64,000 nt of DNA from Paraspadella gotoi (Eukaryota; Animalia; Chaetognatha), in NCBI GenBank assembly GCA_051294375.1, contig CM119266.1, forward strand, positions 18,710,087 to 18,774,086. The letters run 5' to 3'. Positions 1 through 11,400 of this stretch are shown here, one piece after another (the first letter of the stretch is position 1; each line of letters opens with the position of its first letter). Under the pieces are notes generated by a model. The model made no database searches and had not been told where the DNA came from. It saw nothing but the letters and a program-made list of their open reading frames with translations. The translations under genes were made by a program, and so were the position numbers.

Positions 1-2950
1 TTTAACGTTTTGTCCCTTTACCCCCAGTCCTAGTAAGTCTGTTTCGCCTCACGTTTTATCCAGCTTTATATTAGATGGTGGGGCTATTTGGCGAATTTCG
101 ACACTACTCGGCAAAAAGTTGCCTTTTCTATTGCTAAACATGGTTTACTATTTTTTTTCCCATTCGTTCAGTTTGCTGGACGCAGTTTTGAAAAAACGAA
201 ATATTTAAATTAGCCAAATTAGATCATTTTATTAAGACTTTGTGCTTAAATTTTGTTTTTATTCATTGGCAAAGATAACAAATAGCTATGAATAATAAAA
301 ATAATTAGCGGATAATAAATATAAATATATATTTATAAAAATTGGATTTTGGATTTTCGTGGTTTATCCATTTTTGTTTATTAGCTCTTGCATTGTCACT
401 ATTACTTTTAAGATATGTTAATTCGTCTTGCTCACGGGTTTTAGAGTGCGCTTCCACCATACATGATTAGAAATTTAAAGAAATCGTGCATTAAAAGCAC
501 AACTCCTTACCTTTTTTGCAACTTCAATAATATGGGAGACTACTTGTGTCAAAAAGTCAAATTCAGTTCTTTATATTCTTGATACCAGGTTTGTAGTTTT
601 ATATTTTTTTTCGATGTTCAACAAATTTTTTTAATGCCGTTCTTTTTTATCATTTTTGATTTTGCGAAAAATAAGAGAAACTTTTATCCAAATATTTGCT
701 TATGTGTATTAGATTTTCAAATTTTTTAATATTGATTAATTCTAAATAAATTTGATACTGTCTTTTTAAATTATTTGCAGTTAGTAACAAAACGTTTTTA
801 TAAGAGATTTTCTTTGTTTCTGCGATATTCGAGGTCTTAGACACATTCTTTTCAGGTTAAAGATTTTTAAATCTATTGCAAGCCGAGTATAATTTCATGA
901 TGAAGCATTGATAAAATTATTAAATAACAAAAGATGAATGTATGAAAACACAATATACCCCATATTGGCTATAAATAATAATAATAATATAATCTATAAC
1001 AATTAAAGATGATCTATGATGACTTTGGTTGTAATAATCAATGAGATTTGTTTTGTGCTAAGTATTTTGTAATGCTTATTATTTCTCAGTGATGTTAAAT
1101 TTTTAAAAAAATAATTTAAATTTATTTGAATTCAAATTAATAATCTGTAATAAATGATGTACTTTGTACTGGCAGATTTGCCAAATCTTTAACTCTTTAT
1201 CTTCCACAATAAAAAAAGTTTAGTGATGAATTAACTAACATAAATATTTTGTATGAATTAGTTGAAAGCAATTGATTTTGTTACTTATATTAAGTTATAA
1301 TATTCATTGAATAATTTTTTTAAAAAATTGTTAAAATAAATTAAAATTTTTTGTAGTTATTCATTTAATTATTTTAATTTCAATTTATTATCAAATTTTA
1401 ACATTTTAAAAACGAAAGTCATGCAGTAAAGTCTAGTATTGAATGTTTGAAACTATATAAGCTTCGGTAAAAAGTGTGTAATATTAAAATTTTTCATTTC
1501 ATAATAGGGTAATTATGCAGAAGAAAAAATAATAAATTTTTCTATATAATGAACAGAAAAATAAAATAGTATTCTCAGGTCACTTATTGTTCATGCATTT
1601 TTTTTCCATCCGTCTCTTTTACTTGGGTAAATTTTTATAATTGCTCTTTTCTGTATTCCCACTGATGAGTGATGATGATATAGAAACATATATACACGTA
1701 CTAGGGATCTAAAAATTTATTATTTTCTGTTCTGCACTATCCCTCCTTTTATGATAATAAAAATTTTATCATCTGTGCATGCGATGACATTATAAGTATG
1801 TAGCTCTAGTTTTCCTTGTGTTTAAATGAGTATAAACCCATGACAAATGAAAATTTTGTTATTGAAATAAAATCTATTTTAATTTACTTTGATCTTTAAA
1901 CATGATATCAATATTTTTTTTAAAGTGCATTTAAATGAAATATTTAATTAAAATAGTTTTTTTTACCAAATAAAATGAAAGTTTTTGCATAACATTGTTA
2001 AAAACCGGAAACAACCCTTGCGCGGTATTTAGTTTCAAAATCCTTGTGGTTTTTAAATTGTAGTTTATTGAAAAACTGTGTCTAGGCCTTTGTGATGTCC
2101 CAGTTCTTTCTAGTTGGTAGAACTGATTTTTAATAATTTTTTATTTTTAAATCTAAATTTTGATAACTGATACAATACTTTTTGCACAGTTTTAAAAATG
2201 AACACTATCAGAACAATTTTATTTCTAGTGATGGTTTTTTTGTCGGTAAGTAGTTCATGATATGCTGAACAGTGAGGATTGTTCTATTTATTCATATTTA
2301 TTATTCATTCGTTATAGTATTCGTTTTAAGGATGTAAATCTAGTCCGTTTGTTTACAAACGTTGATTGTGATTCTATGCATCACAGGTTGTAGAACGAAA
2401 TCGCATCTCCTTGTAACCTACACGCTACCTTCTTGTGTGAAACTAGTCAGATTGTTCCAGTTTGTTTCGGGTAATATGATTTTCTCGTGCATGAGATAAC
2501 TTTAGTTTTAATTTAAAGATGATAAAACTTGTGTTCTTTTGGAAAAAAGGTTTGCTCACACCTGTACGATTTACTTTAGGATCTTTTAATTTCCTCACAT
2601 CACTAAATTAATTAAACCTACCCCGAAACTAAAACTTGATGCTGCAGAATTTTTAATTCAAGTCATAATAGTTATTCACGCTTATTGAGATTTCCATGTG
2701 CTATTCTTGGAGATTATGATTTAAATTAATCTTTTGGCGCTTATCTACGAACTCATAGAGAGATAAACAACTTGTTCCCGCGAGAGATAAACAATGCCTT
2801 CTATAAAAATGCATGACTTGAATATAGAGACACTTTATTTTGAGAAATTGTTTTATCTTTGAAAACTTTCCAAGTCTGCAATTCTATAGAGCCAAAGACT
2901 TTAAAACGATGCAGTTTTTCGCTTGAGAGTACATTTTTTCCCACCAGTTA

Positions 2951-3528
2951 CATGGTGATAGTGTGAAACCCGCCGCTAGAAAAAAGCTGCCATTTGTAAA
3001 ATCATTATGCTTTTATTAATAATGAGAGCAAGTTTTATAGAAATAACAAAATTATTTATGTATAAAAATGTCATATTAATCAGTGTAGCCTTGGCAATTA
3101 GTAGAGATAATTTCCTTTCATAATTTTTTTATTATTAAACTTCAAGTCTATTATTTAAAAAAAATTTAATTAAAATAATATTAATATTTTTTAAAACCCT
3201 TAAAAATATAATCAAAAGTTCATATTAAAATATTTAAAACTTCAAATCTGTTTTTTAAAATGTTTTTTCCCTGTTTAAATTATAATAATTTAAATAATCA
3301 ATATTTATATAGGTATCCTAAAAATAATAAGTTTAAAAATGGTAAACTATTTTAAAATGTATCTCTCAGTTCTTATTAAGAAGGCAAATCAAAACTGATT
3401 ATTAGTAAAGTTTTACATATAAATAATTTTCAATTTTTCTACAGAATTAGCTTTCAATATTATTAAAATCATTACAGATTTGCAAATGGCAGCTCCTTTC
3501 TTGTAGCTGGTTTTAAATTGTCGCCATG
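2951..3528. mobile_element. Tc1/mariner-type MITE
   Basis: ~50-bp imperfect TIRs (CATGGTGA...GCTGCCATTTGTAAA / TTTGCAAATGGCAGC...TCGCCATG) after TA; a related end sits at 5088-5137. Confidence 0.6.
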
Positions 3529-4879
3529 TTTATCTGAGCTTATTTATCTGTGATTTTTGTTTTACTCTTAGTTCAATTAATTGCTGATTGATTACCATAT
3601 TTTTCTCTTTACGTTTTTCCCATTGCCTTTAAAATATCCTTGGTTTATTCAGTCGAACATGAATCAATTTTCTTAATTCTTACGTGGAATCACTAATTTT
3701 CAATGAAGTTTTTTCCTTGCCGATGAACGTTGTTGATTCCGCTAACTATTGATTTAAATTTTTATTACTTTGTAAAAAAGTGAAGCGTGTTTTGTTTTTG
3801 TTTTTTTTTGTGTTTTTTTTTTTTTTTAGTTAGCCAAACGGTTTCAAATATTACGGCTGCCACGTTATATCTTAAGCATGACTAATCTTGCTTAAGATTT
3901 AAATTCTTTACCTCAATCTTAAGTTACTACTCTTAATTTATTAACGAACCAGGGTGGTCTTTATTTACTAGTTGTTGGGAATGATTTCCGTTTTGGTAAT
4001 TTTAATTATTAGAGCCCACAATACTTATGCACCTGGTTTTTGTTGTTGTTAACTTAAAGGAAATCCACTGTTATGATTTATCAGTTTTTAGAAAAACTGA
4101 CTGGTAATCATTAATATTATTCATTTTATTCCTTTATTCGCCTTGTTTCAAATCATAGAGAAAACAAATTGCTGTTCATAAATGAGGCAAATTCTGTCAT
4201 TATCATCCATTTCTTGTAAGTTGCATATCGGAAGTGACATCATTAAATAAAACTAACGCTAATTGTCCGAAGATTAACATGCTACACACTTCAAGTTTAA
4301 CTGAGATACTTTGTAATTTCATAACTATTAAAATTATAAGTAGTTCTCTATACCTATCATCAGCTATGTATTCTTATTGGCAATTATGTACGAGTAGTAT
4401 TCTATAATCTTGTGCATCGATTTCACTATTTGTTAGACATGTGTAGACATTATTTTTATGCTTCGGTATTTTTGAAAATTCTTTAGTTTTCACGTTGGTA
4501 CAATTACGTTATCTATTTTGACGCGTTTTCTGTAAAAAAAAAAAGTTATTAAGAACAAACAAAAGGTTTTGAAGTTTCATACTATTGTGTACACTTTTGT
4601 TGTGCATTTAAACGGTAAATAAACATTTTTTTATTTTTATTCAAATTGTGTTCTTCCTTGGGTAAGTCTGAAAAATCCACAGTAAGGAGTTAAAAGGGCT
4701 TACCTGTGTGGAAAAGGCGCCATGTAGACTGAAGTACCATCAGTGAAAAATGGCGAAAACAATAATATTTAGTTTTCTACCATTTTTAGTTCGAATTGAG
4801 TTAGTTATTTTTTCACTTTTTATAAATTTGGGAATAAAGGTGCCAATGGTGCCATTGTCGCTCTCAGAAAAGAGGAAAA

Positions 4880-5028
4880 GATGCGCAATATTAGCGGCGG
4901 GGTTGAAAAGAATCGCGTTAAAGGTGTGGAAAAACATTTCACCGTCATTCCTCAATTCGCTGTATGAGAGCATACCCAGACGAATGCAGGCAGTAATCGA
5001 TGCCGAGGGAAGGCACACCAAATATTGA
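4880..5028 (+). pseudogene. Tc1-family transposase C-terminal remnant
   Basis: W.NISPSFLNSLYESIPRRMQAVIDAEGRHTKY matches the Tc1 C-terminal consensus (LVESMPRRxxAVIxAKGGxTKY). Confidence 0.85.
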
Positions 5029-6124
5029 GAATGTTTTACCCATGTTTTATATATATTTTTATTGAATAAATAAACTTTTAACAATTACATGGTGACAATT
5101 TTACAAGCGCCGGTAGAAATACGCTGTCATTTACAAACCAGTGGTTATTTCATTGATTTTAAAAATTAGTAACCATGAAAAATAAATAAATTTAAATTAC
5201 TGGGTAAGGGTTGAGCAGTTTCCGGAATATTTAAATGAAAACAAGGACGACGGGTGAGAATCTTGCTGACAGCTAAGTTTAGGGTTGAAGAGTTTACAAA
5301 ATATAAAAAAGGACGCACTGTTCGCGTGAGAGAAATGGGGTTGAATATTGTTATCGAAGTATGGGTTACGGTTAGAAATTTTACAAATCGTGTTTTAGGG
5401 TTAGGGTTGTGTAGTTTCAGTCGTTTGGATTTTTGAGTTCGGGATAGGGGATAGGGGCTTGCGGTCGATGTTAGGGTTAGGGTTTGGACCTGGTGAGGGT
5501 TAACTCTAACTGGGACAGCCGCTCTCCGGAGGAATTGGTTATTGTTGGGATTGGGGCTTGGATTTAGGATGCTTGCTGGGATGTCACGAGCCGGGGCAAT
5601 TGGTTAGGAACGGGGCAAGGTCTTAAGGTTTGGGTTGAGCGGAAGTTTTGGTGGTGATGTCGCGAGCAGAGGAAACGTGTTAGGGTTAGGATTACAATTC
5701 TATGTGAAAAAAATTAACTGAACCCTTAAGCTCAACCTATGTAGATTTTCTTTAATAAGAAATGGTTTCAGGGATAGGGTACTTCAGACAAAAAATTTTC
5801 ACCGATAATTAAAATGTTGAAAATTAATCGTTTTTTTTTTTTCACCCCTAATTGAAAGCAGTGATGATGACGCCGGTCGCTCCCCAAACTACCCAGCCAT
5901 GTATGTCGCTGATTGCCCGTCTTGCTTTAGGCCCGTAAGGGTAATGGGATAATGAGAATAAGGAGAGATGCAGTTGCAGTTGCTCTATGCAGTTGTCAAT
6001 AATTAATATTTACAAAATTGCTTTCCTAAGCTCAAAATCGCGCGAAATGAATGATAGGTTAAGTACCAGTATTTTTAAATTCTAACATTCTACTTTTATT
6101 TTAATAAATTTTATCAATTCGTAT

Positions 6125-6241
6125 TAAGAGTAAAAAAAACGTTTGTTTTTGTAGTAACAACGGCAAAGTTTATTAATAAACGTTTATTTCTAATAAACTT
6201 TTCCGTTGTTACAACCAAAACGAACGTTTTTTTATTCTTAA
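6125..6241. repeat. Imperfect ~115-bp palindrome (foldback MITE-like)
   Basis: TAAGAGTAAAAAAAACGTT...GTAACAACGG.AAAGTTTATTA / TAATAAACTTT.CCGTTGTTAC...AACGTTTTTTTATTCTTA. Confidence 0.75.
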
Positions 6242-6439
6242 TTTTAACACAAAGAAAAGAAAGTCCTCTACATAATCAATTCGTATGAAATATTAAAAAA
6301 GTTTTGCTTATAAAATAACGTTCTCTTCCCCAAAACAAGTTCTAGCAAACAATGTCACACCGGCACGGAATGATTGTTATTGAGCAAGAAAATTTATTGT
6401 TATTGATTATATGATTTATAAAATCTTTGTTGGAAACTT

Positions 6440-6570
6440 TACTTTCTCTCTCTCTATGTTTGTGAAACCAAAAATGTACTTTTTCACAACTGGTAAAAGA
6501 GCTGATCAAGGATTGAACTAAAGCCGAAACATGTACGTCTTTGTTTATAAAATCACAACGAAAAAAAAGC
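6440..6570 (+). mobile_element. Degenerate Penelope-like pseudo-LTR end with a decayed hammerhead
   Basis: GCTGATCAAGGATT...AAGCCGAAACATGTAC followed by an ACAACGAAAA tail like the other copies. Confidence 0.55.
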
Positions 6571-6589
6571 TTAAACAGTTTACAAGTAT

Positions 6590-6845
6590 TGGCTGCGCCA
6601 ATACATGAAAATCACTTTCAAGGGCTTAAACTGAACTGTTACTAAAGCATTAATTACATTTTGCTATTTGCAAAAATATTTTATAAAACAAAATACTATT
6701 TTGTTTTGATATATTATATATGATTAAAATGTTTTGATCAAAACACAGAATAAGAAATTTAAAAATAAATTATTATTTGAGAGCAGGTATAAGTGAAGAT
6801 CTAGTGGGTGCAGATTAAGTTTATTTTGAATGTCTCTTTGTTTTA
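6590..6845 (+). repeat. Dispersed repeat, second copy at 51978-52242
   Basis: TGGCTGCGCCAATACATG...AAGGGCTTAAACTGAACTGTTAC shared between the copies. Confidence 0.8.
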
Positions 6846-6900
6846 CAAAAAGCTTCCTTCTTTGTAATGCCCTATATTAGAATAAGGTAAAAATACAAAA

Positions 6901-7137
6901 TGTAGTGGTAGTATTTCATACCCCACTACTCGTCCGAGAATCAGCAGCACCTATGGCGCCGGAGGTAGCACGAGCTCCTCCCAACCCAAAGGACTCGGGT
7001 TCGCGCCCTGCTGATTCATACAAGTAAAAGCGGGACGGGGCGTCTAACCCACCTGTAGTGTCGGACTACAGCCCGATCCGAAGTTCGGGACCTTGTGTGC
7101 AACGGACGGTAAACTGCTCGCGGCATCGTCTTCCACA
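6901..7137 (+). mobile_element. Solo LTR, family A (tRNA-like cassette plus twister)
   Basis: TGT...ACA termini; TSD AAAA; second copy at 9404-9631; tRNA-like segment with CTCCCAA loop and GGTTCGCGCCC B-box-like motif. Confidence 0.88.
7017..7099 (+). ncRNA. Twister ribozyme (P5-type), family A
   Basis: P5 CAUACAAG/CUUGUGUG; GA-CGGG; U^AA at 7045/7046; T2 AC/GU (compensatory versus GC/GC in family B); P3 CUGUAGU/ACUACAG; P4 CCCGA/UCGGG; L4 UCCGAAGU. Confidence 0.85.
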
Positions 7138-7472
7138 AAAATAATTTAATGGGACTGTTCTTTTATTTCAGAAAAAAAAAATCAAACCTCTGGTGGGTAT
7201 ACTTAAACGGAATTTTATTGTTATTTTGTTTTTAAAAATGATCTTTGCTTTGTACCACCCTATGGTTTATTAAGACTAAAACATATAAAAATTCGCTATT
7301 TTGTCAACTCAACTCAAGTTAATAATCATAATTTATAATATTATGACCTATTTCAAATTAGTTGGTGGCGGACCAACAAATCGACTCAGTGAATTACTAG
7401 ATGCCTACTACATTGAACTACAGTGCAACAAGCAAGAGCGACATTTCTCCCGATTTAATCCGCCGAAATATT

Positions 7473-8430
7473 TTAAAAGCAGTTAGTCGTTGTTCGGTTT
7501 CTCTCACAAATGATGAGAAGGTCTTTTTTCTTCTTTTGACCCTGAATTCGACAGGGTTCTGTGCCCGTTTTAAAACCAGCCATAACCAGCTTTTGTAAGT
7601 AAAACGAAACGTAGTCGTATTCGCATGGCCGGCCGCAGGGAAGACCGTTGGATCCGAAGTTTCCTTTGGCGTCCTTCCACTTATTTACTATCGGTGTGAA
7701 CCCAAACTTACACTTCGTCAGCGGCGTTTTTACCCCATCAACTGTCGCCTCCGTGGCGCCCGGATAAAGAAACAGGCAATCTTTTCCTTTGTACGAATGG
7801 GGTTTTGGCGATCGATCTCTCCGACGACTGAGCCACTCATCCCATATGTATTCAGATTTCCCACTCTACAATGAATAACAATTTGACCTGTAGAATTCTA
7901 TTTCGTGCCGATGATGGCTCGCAATTAAAGCCGAAAAAAAAACATGTCCGTATTTTTCATGTTTTAAAAAAATATTTTATTGAACTCTGCGATTCCAAAA
8001 TTAAAATATAATTTATTATTATTAGAAATTGTTATAATATTCTGCTAAAATTTTATTAAAGGAGTTTGATTTAATCATAAACATTAAAAGGCACCAGATT
8101 AATCAATGCTAGAATGTTTTCTTCGATCGAGTCTAATGTATATTCTCAAAATCTCAATATCTGGGACATTTAACATGACTCACCTTTGTTTTAATTTCTA
8201 CAGTTTTAGGTATAGAATTTCGAATCAGGGCGAAAAGCTCTCCTTTTTTTATTTTATCCGCGACGCCCTGAGGCCAAGTCATCCACTTAGGATCGTCAGG
8301 TTTTGGAGTAGGCATCTGCTGTGTCGTTGAATTGTTAGCCCATGATGCTAACCATTTTTCAACAGTCCCCAATTCTTCTAGGCTATCTACGGTCCACACC
8401 TCCCAAGCGTGTACTTGAGCTGATACTTTT
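7473..8430 (-). CDS. Terminal exons (8184-8430 and 7473-7865), C-type-lectin-like
   Basis: WTVDSLEELGTVEKWL, YIWDEW, KDCLFL and PC...LIICER motifs; GTGAGT donor; phase-0 join. Confidence 0.65.
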
Positions 8431-11400
8431 CTGATGGAAATCAGTTTTGAAACCAAATCAAATTAAAAAATCTTAAAAGCATAAGGATCGTCGCAATCCG
8501 CATAAGAAAAATCTGGATTGACAACAAAATTTTGATACTAAAAAAAAAATCAAATTTGAGAAAAGAAAATTAATTTATAAACAGAAAAAAAATTATATTT
8601 TGCGATGTCAATTAAAAAAAATAGTAAAGTACCGAGGAAAATTAAAGTTACAGTTTCTCGAAAAACAAAAAAACCTTTTTCATTGTCAAAAAATTAACTG
8701 ATCAGCAGACGCAGCCCCTGAGAAAAAAAAAATAATAGCAAAATGATAACATGCACGAATGCGATGCTTAATTTTACGAGTTAAATCCTAATTAATTTTT
8801 TTTTTAATAAAAACGATGAGAGAGAGAGAGAGAAAGAGAGAAAAAAAAAAGAAAAAATCAAAAGGCAGCAGCAGAAGCAGCAGGAGAAAAGAGAGAAAAA
8901 GAGAGCCCCTGCAGAACCAGCTGCAGACTCAAAAGGCAGCAGCAGAAGCAGCAGGAGAAAAAAAAGAAAAAGAATAAGCCCTTGCAAAGCCAGCTGCAGA
9001 CTCATTTTTTTCCCTATGAATCAGTGACTAGGGAAAAGAGAGAGGGAGAGAGACATGTAATTAAAAAAGAAAAGAGAGAGAAAGAAATATAAAAATAAAA
9101 GACAGAAAATTTGTTTGTTTTGATAAAACGTAAACAAAACATATTTAATAACTGTCCTGACTGAATTTTAAGGACATCGATGATGAGAAGCTGTATATAA
9201 ATTTTTAGCTTCATACACCCAAATTTAATCATAAAAAAGGCTGATGACGACGACGACGCCACTTATGTGCAAAACCAGAGCAATATCGTCGCAAACGCAA
9301 AGCGATTGCGACGATAAAAACAATGATTATTTTAAAAGGGGAATAGGGAGATCAAGAGGTATGAAATAAGTGAAAATTTTAAATAAAAAAGTATTAAACA
9401 TATTGTCGCGGTAGTATTTCATACCCCGCTACTCGTCCGATAATCAGCTGGACCTATCGCGCCGGAGCTCCTCCCAACCCAAAGGACTCGGATTCGCGCC
9501 CTGCTGATTCACACAAGTAACAAGCCGGACGGGGCGTCTAACCCACCTGTAGTGACGGACTACAGCCCGTTCCGAAGTTCGGGACCTTTTGTGCAACCGA
9601 CGGTGAACTGCTCGCGGCATCGTCTTCTACAATATCCTTATACTATTAACCCTAATGTAATATCAAAATTTTAAAATCGTTTTTCACAGGAGGTGTGATT
9701 CTACCATCTTGGAAAATGAATAATGTATAATTTTCACGATAATTTTATGAAAATAATCATTTATCATATCATAATATTATAATATTATATTTATACTTAA
9801 TATAACCTCTGGGGGTTTTGATCATTTGATTATAATATTAAGCTATACTATATTAATAAATATTTATTATATTTTAATATTATTAAAATTTTAATATTGA
9901 ATAAATTTATTTTTAAACAGAATATTTTTATATACTTTTTTTTTATTCCTCACTCTGGTATATCTAATCATATTACGCAATAGATTCATTTGAATCAGAA
10001 AAATCGAACTTTTTTATATAGGTATATCGTTTTATTTGATCTTAAAATAAAAAGCTGTTGTGGTGGTATATTCACACCACCTCACGTCCACGATCGTTCA
10101 GCCAATACCATTGGCTCAGAGGGGGAACATACCATCCCAGGCGTTGTGTTCCATCCACAATTCCACAGGCCTAACGACTTCCCTCTGCAATGGAAAAGCG
10201 AGATTGTCCTAGGCTAGGGTAACCGCGCCAGTGACTGGATGCGTCACTGAAGGTCGGAAGCCCCCAAAGCCAACAGTGAGATACCCCATCCCTATGGGCA
10301 TCACAGGCAACCCGGCTGTTGCCATACTGTATAAGTTACTGAAACTAGAAAAGGTGTCAGCGTCTTATTCTTTTTCCAAGATGGTATATTAATATTGTCC
10401 GTTATTATTTTAGAGCATTTCAAAATAACGAAATATGAGAAAAATGAGAAAAATTTGGGAAAAAAATGCCAATACGCATATCAAAAAATATTAATTAATT
10501 AATTATTTGCACAAACTTGTTTGTTTTTAGGTCTTTTTATCATGTTACTGACCACGACAAAAGCAACGACGACGACTACCAAATCGACGAAGATTAAATG
10601 AATAAATGATTAATTAATTAAATATTTAATTAAAATATTATTGAATTCTTAGGAAAAACAGTTTATTTAAAATGTGGCAACGAATTTTATGACAAGTAAG
10701 TCGGACATGTTTCGACTCTTACAGTTTTAGAGTCTTCATCAGCAAGTGATTTTACAACAATTTTTCTCTTGAAAGTTGAGTTAGTGAGAAAGTGTGAGAT
10801 AGAGAGAGAGAACAAGAGAGAGATTCCAACAAAGAATTGAGTGAGGGATAGTGGTCAGATGTGAGGACAGTTCAAGGTAAGGACAGGGGAAGGAGAAGTA
10901 AGATTGTGAAAAATGAAAAGAGAGAGAGAGAGAAATGAAATTTAATACATTTAGTAATGTACAACATAGAAAATAAGAATAAATAAGTAAACTTAAATAT
11001 TAACTAAGTATTAATACTATTAAGAACAATGAAAAATAAATTAGTAAAATGAAGTGAAATTGAAGAATAAGTGGTGAGGGATAGGTAAGTAAAGAGTTAG
11101 TGAAAGTAAGTAAAAGAAAAGAGCTCAAAATGAGCTGGCCCCCCCCACTATAAGAGCCTAGTAGGGTGGATGACGGGAAATATCACAGGGCCTCGCTATT
11201 GAGCCAGAACGACTACACTATAAGAGCTAAGTAGGGTGGATGATAGAAAATATCACAGGACCTTGCTATCAAGCCAGAACGACTACACTATAAGAGCTTA
11301 GTAGGGTGGATGACGGAAAATATCACAGGGCCTCGCTATTGAGCCAGAACGACTGGCCGGGCAAATGAAGGACGTTAACGATAAGATCGGGTCATTGGCC